Shown here one piece after another: positions 45,326-53,477 of a stretch of 64,000 nucleotides of DNA (position 1 is its first letter; each line of letters opens with the position of its first letter). The position numbers were made by a program, and so were the translations under genes. Below the pieces are notes generated by a model. It was not told where the DNA came from, made no database searches, and saw only the letters and a program-made list of their open reading frames with translations. Source of the DNA: a virus; the IMG/VR virus record IMGVR_UViG_3300045988_175028; one strand, given 5' to 3'.

Positions 45326-45872
45326 AAGGGTCGTCTCGCCCTTAGTCAGAAAGAGACTATTTAGAAAGTTCGAATAAATTTTCCGCTTCCTATTTACGAA
45401 GAAAATGGGGTCCTTTCCGGTGGCGACAAGTAGAACCGGCGTTCGGGAGTCATCGAAAACTTCTCCATAGTTAGTGGGGCTAACTCGCAGACAGTGGAAA
45501 GTATCCTGTGTAAAACTGAGGCTTTCTCGGCATGGCCACCTGGTCGTTAGAATAGGTTGACTACTTATTCGCTGGTGACTTAAAAGACTCTTTTCTAATT
45601 TCTTTGAGGGCGCGGTGTCAAAAAATTAGACGAAATTGGAGCTATCGTATAATAGGTCGCCTTGGACTGCTCATAATAGTGATTGCTAACAAATGCGGGA
45701 GGGCACTCGCAGTAAATGACATGGTAAGGGACAAGGACCAACTAACTGGACATTTACACTAATCAAAACTGAGGTGTGGATTTTCTACTCAGTGGCTACA
45801 ACGACCAACTCAAGAGTGTCGGGTGTAAAGTAGGTTTTGATTAGGTTAATATGAGGAGTGAGTAGATATTTT
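45326..45872 (+). ncRNA. ORF-free GC-enriched structured block 2
   Basis: 547 nt between tRNA-Gly and tRNA-Glu, about 45-50% GC by eye against about 33% for the genome. No plausible CDS. Confidence 0.3.
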
Positions 45873-45947
45873 GGCCCGTTAGTCAAGTGGTTAAGACATT
45901 GGATTTTCATTCCAGTAACATCGGTTCAAATCCGGTACGGGTCACCA
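45873..45947 (+). tRNA. tRNA-Glu(UUC)
   Basis: GGCCCGT/ACGGGTC acceptor, loop TTTTCAT, A73-CCA. Confidence 0.85.
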
Positions 45948-46277
45948 AAGCCACCTATTGGGGTTCTCATGTGAAAATTATTGAACAAGCTACCCGACGA
46001 TGGAAAAGCGACTAAAACGATTGACCCACAATCGTAAAGAGAACGAGGCTTACATAAGCAAAAAGTAGGATAATGCTTATAAGAAATCCAGCATAAGGTT
46101 GGTTGACGATAGCAAGATGCTATACGAAGCGGATAATTGGTGGTCGAAAGTCCGTACAGTTGGGTGGTGACCAGTCCTAACAAAGCTCCCGTAAGAGACC
46201 TGGTCTTACTTTCAAATTTTTAAGTCGAGGGTTGTGGAGAGATAGGGAGAGTGAGTGAGGCTAGCTCGTGTAGACTT
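45948..46277 (+). ncRNA. ORF-free structured block 3
   Basis: 330 nt. Contains GGTCGAAAGTCCGTAC (46140-55). No plausible CDS. Confidence 0.3.
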
Positions 46278-46283
46278 AAAAAT

Positions 46284-46312
46284 TTGAAATTTTTCTAAAA
46301 TTTATGTATAAT
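46284..46312 (+). promoter_or_regulatory. consensus phage promoter
   Basis: TTGAAATTTTTCTAAAATTTATGTATAATATATACATAAAGTTGAGAAAG. Confidence 0.65.
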
Positions 46313-46337
46313 ATATACATAAAGTTGAGAAAGATAT

Positions 46338-46413
46338 TGCGGTATAGAGAAGTGGTTATCTCGCTGTCCTCATAAGTCAGAAATCGCTAGTTCGAATCTA
46401 GCTACCGCAACCA
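46338..46413 (+). tRNA. tRNA(CAU): elongator Met or lysidine-type Ile2
   Basis: TGCGGTA/TACCGCA acceptor, loop CTCATAA, A73-CCA. Confidence 0.8.
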
Positions 46414-46887
46414 TGGACTCCCACAAGTCCAGATAAACTGTGGACTCTCGTAGAGGATGGATTTATAGGATAAACTACCACCGGCGTCTAGTTTGGATGA
46501 TATGTGGCATAGTCATTTGTAGAGAGTATACTAAATAAAAACGAAAGCAATCCTATAATTGTATTTTGAAAACTAAACAGCTTGATTATAACAATAAGGC
46601 ACCTCGGTGAAGACACAAGACCATGTGGCCGAGACATTACCTTCGCTTTCGAGCGTACTACGCATTTCTACTCAGAGGGATACCTTTGTTTAGATGTGCT
46701 TCGGAGAGTCGTGAGATTTTCTGATTGCGGGAGGCTGAACCAACCGCTGTTAGAGGTAATGGTGCTGAAGTAATTGCTGATAAAAACATTGTCTCATTGC
46801 TATCGCAATAGAAAGCTAGGCGTCAAAAGCGTAAGCCGAATCCAAGTAAGGGTGTAGATTGGTCGTCTATACTAAACCTTGGAAAAG
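46414..46887 (+). ncRNA. ORF-free structured block 4
   Basis: 474 nt. Listed ORFs here lack an RBS and overlap on both strands. Confidence 0.3.
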
Positions 46888-47115
46888 ACCAATAAGGTAG
46901 TTTGCTGTGATGGTATGGAAACATACCTATAAGATGAGGTCAAAGTCCGAGTAGCTACAAGCAAGGACTCTTGTAAAAAAGAAATTACTAAGGAAATTTC
47001 TGAATGGTTAGTGAAAGGTGCGAGTAACCAATCTCGTATAGGAATTGATACTTTGTATCGGGGCAAGAACTTATAGAGCGACGGCTCTATGGGTCAGACT
47101 TGTCTCCCTATTGGT
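46888..47115 (+). ncRNA. candidate miniaturised RNase P RNA-like gene
   Basis: Closing helix ACCAATAAGG/CCCTATTGGT. A P3-like hairpin is followed by GAGGTCAAAGTCCGAG, GTGAAAGGTGCGAGTAAC, GGGGCAAGA and ATAGAGCGACGGCTCTATGGGTCAG. These appear in the same order as conserved regions CR-I, II, III and V of bacterial RNase P RNA. Confidence 0.4.
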
Positions 47116-47213
47116 TGAATATATCAGAAAATTATGGAGGTAGGGTGAAGGCCCGCCTTGTAGTTATAATCAAGTTATTTAGTTTTTATTTTATAAAAGA
47201 AGGGATTTTTAGT

Positions 47214-47501
47214 ATGAAGTATTATTCTGAAACACTAAAGAAGATTTATGATACTCAGGAAGAGCTTATCAGCGCTGAGTGTGCTTATAAGAAAAAGCTC
47301 GACGAGCAAAAGAAGAAAGAAGCCGAAGAGGCTGAGCGTCTAACCAAGCTAAAGGCAGAGAAGGAAAAGCGCCTTCAAGAAATTGATGAAGCCAGAGAAG
47401 CTTATAATAAGCTACTGAGAAATTATTGGAAGGATTACGGAGATTATGACATTGGTAGTGCTTTTCGTAGTTTATTTAATGTTATTGGTTTTGGCGAATA
47501 A
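47214..47501 (+). CDS. hypothetical coiled-coil protein
   Basis: ATG 47214 after AAGAAGGGA. The listed TTG start at 47100 is rejected. Confidence 0.55.
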   Translation: MKYYSETLKKIYDTQEELISAECAYKKKLDEQKKKEAEEAERLTKLKAEKEKRLQEIDEAREAYNKLLRNYWKDYGDYDIGSAFRSLFNVIGFGE

Positions 47502-47513
47502 TTCATAACTAAT

Positions 47514-47547
47514 GGGTCGGAACCTATACGGCGCCGACCCTCTTTTT
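47514..47547 (+). terminator. intrinsic terminator
   Basis: GGGTCGG/CCGACCC plus TCTTTTT. Confidence 0.7.
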
Positions 47548-47636
47548 ATAAATAAAGACTAACTTAGTAGAAAAAAGGATAGAAAAATCTACTTTTGAGT
47601 AGAAAGGAAAATCTATCCTATGGAGGATATTTTTTT

Positions 47637-48272
47637 ATGAAGAGATGTGAAGAGCAGATGGTATTACCTTTGGTCCAGATTCCGGAAAGTGCGAACTACT
47701 CATTGCCAGATGAAACTCTTTTAGCCTTTTACCATGATTTGGACGAGAGAGTTTTTTGGATTAGCGATGAAATTAGCGCCTACACTCTAAATCTTGCTCA
47801 TTATATTCTGAAATGGAACCGGGAAGATAAGGATATCCCTATCAGAGAAAGAAAGCCTATCAAACTTCTTATTCACTCTCCTGGTGGTTCATTAGATGTA
47901 TTGGGGGTTCTTTATGACCTAATTCGACTTTCAGCTACTCCTATTATTGGTATAAATATGGGTCAGGCATACAGCGCTTCTGCTATGATTCTATTAGCGT
48001 GTCATAAACGCTATGGTCTAAAAAATTCGACAGTTCTTTTTCATAAAGGTAGCTGTAATGGAGCGGGAGGCTCATATGAAGAACTAAGAGCCTTCATGGA
48101 CGAGTATCGGCGTCAGGTTGAGCAACTTTCAGAGATTATTATAGAACGCACTATTTTTGATAAAGAAGAAGTAGAAGAAAAAATGAAAAGTGATTGGTAC
48201 TTAACTGCTGAAAAGTGCGTAGAGAAAAAAGTTTATGATGGAATTATTACTTCTATTTATGACCTAATCTAA
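47637..48272 (+). CDS. ClpP-like serine protease
   Basis: IHSPGGSLD...GQAYSASAMILLA...VLFHKGS matches the ClpP Ser/His arrangement. ATG 47637 after GGAGGA. Confidence 0.7.
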   Translation: MKRCEEQMVLPLVQIPESANYSLPDETLLAFYHDLDERVFWISDEISAYTLNLAHYILKWNREDKDIPIRERKPIKLLIHSPGGSLDVLGVLYDLIRLSATPIIGINMGQAYSASAMILLACHKRYGLKNSTVLFHKGSCNGAGGSYEELRAFMDEYRRQVEQLSEIIIERTIFDKEEVEEKMKSDWYLTAEKCVEKKVYDGIITSIYDLI

Positions 48273-48281
48273 GGAGGCACA

Positions 48282-49106
48282 ATGAGTTATACTGGAATTT
48301 ACTACTTCTCTTTACCAGAAAATGATGATCTCGCACGGTTCTATGAAAATCCCAGCGAATTTGCAGATAGACTAAAAGAGAATCAATATTTAATTCTTGA
48401 AAATGATAAATATGAACCTATTGATTTTTATAAGAAAAGAAACGGTTGGCTTGAAAGAATTTCTTATCCAATTTTTGAAAGCCAATTTTGTGGGGTAATG
48501 AAACCTAGAAATCCTGAACAGAGATGTGCCATGGACCTTATTCATAGTGATGTCCCAATCAAGCTTATAACCGGCCCATTCGGTAGTGGCAAGACCTTCA
48601 CTATGGTTGAGGGAATGATGGAGGCTCTTCAAAAAAATAAATTCGAAAAAATTATTTTTATTCGAAACAACATCCAAGTAAGAGATACAGACGCACTCGG
48701 TGCCCTCCCTGGGGACGAGCTAGCGAAGACTCTTCCATATGTAATGCCTTTGGCTGACCACTGTGGAGGTATTGAAGGACTAAAGACTTTGATTGATACG
48801 GGCCGTCTTGAAGTTATTCCTCTTGGCTTTCTTCGCGGGCGTAGCATCCGTAATTCTATTCTTTATTCTATGGAAAGTGAAAACCTTACAAAAGAGCACA
48901 TTCAACTAATAATGGGCCGTATTGATGAAGGTTCTCAGCTTTGGATGGATGGAGACGTCAAGCAGAGAGACCGAAGTTCTTTTGAAAAAAGTCAGGGTCT
49001 TGAAACTATGATTGAAAGATTAGCTGGTAATTCAAATTTTGGATATGTAAAATTAGAGAAGTCTGAGCGCTCAGAGGTCGCGCGCATGGCAGATTTATTA
49101 GATTAA
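48282..49106 (+). CDS. phoH: PhoH-like ATPase
   Basis: ITGPFGSGKTF Walker A and PLGFLRGRS motif. Confidence 0.75.
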   Translation: MSYTGIYYFSLPENDDLARFYENPSEFADRLKENQYLILENDKYEPIDFYKKRNGWLERISYPIFESQFCGVMKPRNPEQRCAMDLIHSDVPIKLITGPFGSGKTFTMVEGMMEALQKNKFEKIIFIRNNIQVRDTDALGALPGDELAKTLPYVMPLADHCGGIEGLKTLIDTGRLEVIPLGFLRGRSIRNSILYSMESENLTKEHIQLIMGRIDEGSQLWMDGDVKQRDRSSFEKSQGLETMIERLAGNSNFGYVKLEKSERSEVARMADLLD

Positions 49107-49174
49107 CCAGGAGTTTTCCTGTTTATAATATATGGGAGGGCCTTGGCTCTCCCTAATTCTTTAGGTGATGAAGT

Positions 49175-50857
49175 ATGGCTACACCAAGTAAATTTAGAGA
49201 AGTATTAGATAGAAACAAAACGTTAGCTGATTGCTATGTTTATTATAAACGATTAGAGACTGATATAGATGATAACCCACAATTAGCAGTTGCAAATAGG
49301 AATTTGATAAAAGCTATTACAGATGGAGTTCAGTCAGTAGGAGCTAGTTATATAGGAGCTCAGCAATCAGTAGGAGTACTTCGTCGAATGGCGAAAAGTG
49401 AAGCTCAAAAAGAACAGCGATTACTAAATACGGTATTCAAGGTAAATGTTGTTGTTGATTGGGATGACAAGACTCAAGTAAAATCACTAATAGATACTTA
49501 TAATAGCTGCCTGAATCTAAAAGAAGTTTATGAAAGAAATTTGTTTCTTATAAAGAATTCTAATGGTGCTAAAGGGGTCTTTAGTTTCTTTGCTACTTAC
49601 TTTAGTAAAGTTTGGGATGAAAAGTGGCCCCATATGGCGGAAGACATAGCTCAGCATATTGATTTGAGCAAACCGCAAGAAACGGGGAAATATATCGGAA
49701 AAGTTATTGATGATAATATGTCAGATATTATTGTTCGAAGCTTAGAGCTGATGTTTTCGGCTAAAAATGAGTTGAAGTCAATGCCCGAAGAGATGCAAAA
49801 TGCTTATAATCTTTTTTTGACTAAAATTAGAGATTTGCAAACAGCAGGAAGTCTTGCTCAAAAAGTGTATAAAGCATATAATCTTGATAAGGTCAAAGAA
49901 TATATAGTAAGTCGGCTAACTGGTGATGATTTCAAAAAGCTAAAGAATGGTTTGAGCCGTTCAGAGATTGAAAATTCATGGAATAATAAAGGGTCTCAGC
50001 AGGCTGGTATCTTTTTTGAGCATTTAGTTGATACTATACAAGGAGAAATTGGAAGAGAATTAGCAAAAAGTAAAAATATACGAGTTGAGAATTTTCACCC
50101 TGGCTCATATGGCGCGACTTCAATTTCAGCAGATAATATAATGAGTATTGGAATAGATCCCACTCTAATAGAAAAAACTTTGGAAAAAGCTCGAAGTTCA
50201 GGTATGAAAAATCATATAGAAGCCTTTAATGAATTGGGAGAAAAGCTTAGTAATTTAAGAGATGGATTTCTTATTTATACGACAGATAAAAACTATACAC
50301 TAAATAAAAAGTTTGAAACTTATTTTGGCGGTTATGGCGCGAAGAATATAAGCGCACGCACTACATTAGATGTACTTACCCCAATAGTCAAAAATGCTAG
50401 AACCTTGGTCGGTATGGCCTTGCAGTTAGGAGAAGGCGCGCTAGCTAAGGAAAATGGTTTGATTGATGAAGAAGTTTTATCTCGGATGTTTGCTAAACAA
50501 ATAGCTTACTTTTTATTTGATGACCATCAAACAATTGGGGAAATTCAAAGAGATGTTGGTGCAAGATCAATTCACATGATGGATATGAATGGAGTAATGA
50601 TTCCTCTTTCCTTTTTTATCTCTCTTTTGGCAGATAGTATTCAGTATGGAATCATGAATCCAAAAAAGATTGCTCAGGTAAAATTTCATGCTCCTAAAAT
50701 TCTTTTTCCAACGATGGCGGAACAAAAAGCTTATACTCCAGATAAAAATGACCCTGAGAGCGCTTGGAGAAAACAAAAAGAATATGCTTTAGATGAAACT
50801 AAAATAGAATTTCGCTTCTTAGGTGGATTACGGGATATATTAAAAGAATATGTATAA
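49175..50857 (+). CDS. hypothetical 560-aa protein
   Basis: Long ORF followed by terminator CTCGTC-TTCG-GACGAG. Confidence 0.6.
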   Translation: MATPSKFREVLDRNKTLADCYVYYKRLETDIDDNPQLAVANRNLIKAITDGVQSVGASYIGAQQSVGVLRRMAKSEAQKEQRLLNTVFKVNVVVDWDDKTQVKSLIDTYNSCLNLKEVYERNLFLIKNSNGAKGVFSFFATYFSKVWDEKWPHMAEDIAQHIDLSKPQETGKYIGKVIDDNMSDIIVRSLELMFSAKNELKSMPEEMQNAYNLFLTKIRDLQTAGSLAQKVYKAYNLDKVKEYIVSRLTGDDFKKLKNGLSRSEIENSWNNKGSQQAGIFFEHLVDTIQGEIGRELAKSKNIRVENFHPGSYGATSISADNIMSIGIDPTLIEKTLEKARSSGMKNHIEAFNELGEKLSNLRDGFLIYTTDKNYTLNKKFETYFGGYGAKNISARTTLDVLTPIVKNARTLVGMALQLGEGALAKENGLIDEEVLSRMFAKQIAYFLFDDHQTIGEIQRDVGARSIHMMDMNGVMIPLSFFISLLADSIQYGIMNPKKIAQVKFHAPKILFPTMAEQKAYTPDKNDPESAWRKQKEYALDETKIEFRFLGGLRDILKEYV

Positions 50858-50862
50858 GATAA

Positions 50863-50888
50863 GGCTCGTCTTCGGACGAGTCTTTTCT
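50863..50888 (+). terminator. intrinsic terminator
   Basis: GGCTCGTC-TTCG-GACGAGTC plus T-run. Confidence 0.65.
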
Positions 50889-50897
50889 CTTTATAAT

Positions 50898-50926
50898 TTG
50901 AAAAATTCTTATATTTATAATATAAT
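50898..50926 (+). promoter_or_regulatory. consensus phage promoter
   Basis: TTGAAAAATTCTTATATTTATAATATAATATATATAGAAAGTGAGAAAGGAG. Confidence 0.65.
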
Positions 50927-50957
50927 ATATATAGAAAGTGAGAAAGGAGTAAATAAA

Positions 50958-51587
50958 ATGGATTTTCCCTCTCGTCAAACTATTCATGAGGTAGCGCAAG
51001 TTCTAAATGAATGGGGAATTACCGATTTCTTCAAAGGCACCTATAAGCAAAATAGTAATCGTTTCAATGTTTGGTGTTTGGAACTTTCCAAAAATACTAA
51101 CCTAAAAGTGTCGAATGGATGCACAAAAATTGTAGTGAAGTTTGGGGATGATGGTTGGGTTATAAAGATTCCTTATAAGACTGAAATCAATTATTGTCAT
51201 CGTGAAGCAGAAAATTACGCACGGGCTCATAAAGCTCATCTTACTAACTTTTTTGCTCCTTGTTATTTCTATGGAGTAATTGATGAAATTCCAATTTATC
51301 TACAAAGACTGGTAGATAAAGAAGATTCAACAATTACTAGTGAATGTTGGAATTTTGCATATAGCAACAATCCCCAGGAAAAGGAAGAGACTGATGAAGA
51401 TTATGCTGATAGAATCAGCAGCTATGTTGAAAATGATATGGATGATTATGAAGTAGTTGAGGCCATTATTGGAGAAAATCGAAAACTTTTTGATTTTATC
51501 TATGAAAATGATATCAATGACCTTCATAAAGGAAATTTTGGATATTTGAATGATGCACCGGTTATTTTTGATTATAGCGGTTTTTGA
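50958..51587 (+). CDS. kinase-fold (APH/choline-kinase-like) protein
   Basis: ATG 50958 after AAAGGAG. DINDLHKGNFGY resembles the HxDxxxxN catalytic loop. Confidence 0.4.
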   Translation: MDFPSRQTIHEVAQVLNEWGITDFFKGTYKQNSNRFNVWCLELSKNTNLKVSNGCTKIVVKFGDDGWVIKIPYKTEINYCHREAENYARAHKAHLTNFFAPCYFYGVIDEIPIYLQRLVDKEDSTITSECWNFAYSNNPQEKEETDEDYADRISSYVENDMDDYEVVEAIIGENRKLFDFIYENDINDLHKGNFGYLNDAPVIFDYSGF

Positions 51588-51607
51588 TAAGAAAGGAGAA
51601 TAAAAAA

Positions 51608-52051
51608 ATGAATTATGTCTATGTTAAGTTTAGTGGTACGGAGAAGAATTATGTCTATAAGACTAAGTTGAATCTCATTAAGAACGCGACCTATAAGATT
51701 GTTGCCGATGGGATTACAACCTATGCTAGTCCTGTCAAGGTCTGTTCTATTGTTCCTACTCGGCCTAATTTTGGCGGTATTATTCGTGAGATTACCACTG
51801 CCGAAATTATTACTGCTCCTCCTCGTCCTAAGGTAACGGCGAAGTTTGTTATCAATAAGGAAAAGGGTACGACTGTTGCTCTTTGGAAAGATGGAACTAA
51901 GACTATTGTGAAGTGTCAGACTGGGGATTCTTTTGATGCGGAGAAGGGAATCGCAATGTGTTTTATGAAGCGATACTTCAATAATCGTGGATGGTATAAT
52001 GAGTGGATGCGTGAGGTTCTGAAAGAGAATGGCTTGGCTGAAGAGAAGTGA
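51608..52051 (+). CDS. hypothetical protein
   Basis: ATG 51608 after GAAAGGAG. Confidence 0.55.
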   Translation: MNYVYVKFSGTEKNYVYKTKLNLIKNATYKIVADGITTYASPVKVCSIVPTRPNFGGIIREITTAEIITAPPRPKVTAKFVINKEKGTTVALWKDGTKTIVKCQTGDSFDAEKGIAMCFMKRYFNNRGWYNEWMREVLKENGLAEEK

Positions 52052-52195
52052 GGAAGGTTATTGCCTTCTTCACAACTGTAAGCTCGGTCGGCGCCAAGTA
52101 CATGAAAAATGTACGAATCCTCATCGAGTAGGTTGCACAGATGGAAAGAAATGTAAACATTTATTGGTTATAAGAAAGGGGATGAACACAAAATA

Positions 52196-53119
52196 ATGTC
52201 AGCATTAATTATGTTGATGGGACTTTCTGGTTCTGGAAAAAGCACTTTGGCAGAAGAATATGCTAAGCTGTCTGGTGGAAAAGTTTTTTCTTCTGACAAA
52301 ATTCGAGAAGAACTTTTTGGAAATGAAAACAATCAAACTCATAATGGAGAAGTTTTCAACGAGCTTCATAAACGAATTAAAAAAGCTTTAAGGAAGAACG
52401 AAATTTGTATTTATGATGCTACGAATTTAAACAGAAATAAAAGAATTAGCTTTCTTCGTACTCTTTCAGATATCACTTGTGAAAAAATTTGCATGATGGT
52501 TGCAACTCCAATTGAAATTTGTATTAAAAGAGACCAAAACAGAAGCAGAAAAGTTGGGAAAAAGGTTATTCATCGACAAGCTACTCAATTTCAAATTCCT
52601 TTAGATTATGAAGGCTGGGATAGTATTATGATTTATAACAATCCCAATTTTTCTGCCTCAGATTATAAAAAGCTAATTGATTATTTTCCAAAAGCAGTTA
52701 TGCCACATGACTGCACACCATGGCATACAGAGAGCGTACAAGAACATCTTAATAGAACTTTAATGGAGATGTCTTTGCGTACTAATGAATATTATTTGCT
52801 TCTTGCATCACGATATCATGATATTGGAAAATTCTATACTAAGACTTTTTATGATAGAAGCAAAAAGAAGACTACTGATAAAGCTCATTACTATGGACAT
52901 GAAAACTATGGAGCCTATCTTTTTATGACCTCCTATGATTTTGTTACAAGTGGAAGTCTCAAACCAGCTTTTGAACAGGCATTGTTGCTTATTGCTCTTC
53001 ATATGGAATTTGGTTCAAGAAAAAGTAAAGTTTTAAAAGAAATTCCAAAAAGTGCTCGTGAAGCCTTAGAGCTTTTAAATGAATGTGATATGCTTGGAAG
53101 TGTGAGAGGAGAGGACTAA
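52196..53119 (+). CDS. bifunctional polynucleotide 5'-kinase (P-loop) plus HD-domain phosphoesterase (RNA end-healing)
   Basis: LMGLSGSGKST Walker A and YDATNL at the N-terminus. C-terminal H...HD (RYHDIGK)...H pattern. Confidence 0.65.
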   Translation: MSALIMLMGLSGSGKSTLAEEYAKLSGGKVFSSDKIREELFGNENNQTHNGEVFNELHKRIKKALRKNEICIYDATNLNRNKRISFLRTLSDITCEKICMMVATPIEICIKRDQNRSRKVGKKVIHRQATQFQIPLDYEGWDSIMIYNNPNFSASDYKKLIDYFPKAVMPHDCTPWHTESVQEHLNRTLMEMSLRTNEYYLLLASRYHDIGKFYTKTFYDRSKKKTTDKAHYYGHENYGAYLFMTSYDFVTSGSLKPAFEQALLLIALHMEFGSRKSKVLKEIPKSAREALELLNECDMLGSVRGED

Positions 53120-53464
53120 ATGAAATTTTTTGGAACTTATGGTTGTAGTATGACCAACTCTATTTATAATATTGCTATTGAAGCAAGGGATGCTCAAAGC
53201 GCGCTAAAGTTTTGTTATGATAGTGCAGTAGAGGATAGAGATAGTTATGAAGGGCTTTATGGAGTTGAAACTTGGGAAGAGATTGCTGAGAATGAGGGTT
53301 TTATTATAGGGGAAATGTCTCAAGCGGAAGAGAACTATATTGATGACTTGTATGTTGACTCTATTGAGAGTGATATTATCTATAATATAGAGCCTTTTGA
53401 CATAAATAATGAGGAGCATCTAGAGATACTGAAAGAACAAGAATGTGAATTTTGGCAGGCGTAG
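53120..53464 (+). CDS. hypothetical acidic protein
   Basis: ATG directly after the upstream stop. Confidence 0.5.
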   Translation: MKFFGTYGCSMTNSIYNIAIEARDAQSALKFCYDSAVEDRDSYEGLYGVETWEEIAENEGFIIGEMSQAEENYIDDLYVDSIESDIIYNIEPFDINNEEHLEILKEQECEFWQA

Positions 53465-53477
53465 AAAGGAGGCTAAA

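Noticed and set aside
45926-47066. Listed ORFs 45926..46183 (-), 46582..46773 (+) and 46872..47066 (-).
   Set aside because: They have no RBS, overlap tRNA-Glu or the RNase P-like element, and both strands are open, as expected for non-coding GC-rich sequence.
47100-47213. TTG-initiated N-terminal extension of ORF 47100..47501.
   Set aside because: It overlaps the 3' helix of the RNase P-like RNA and has no RBS. A proper RBS+ATG occurs at 47214.
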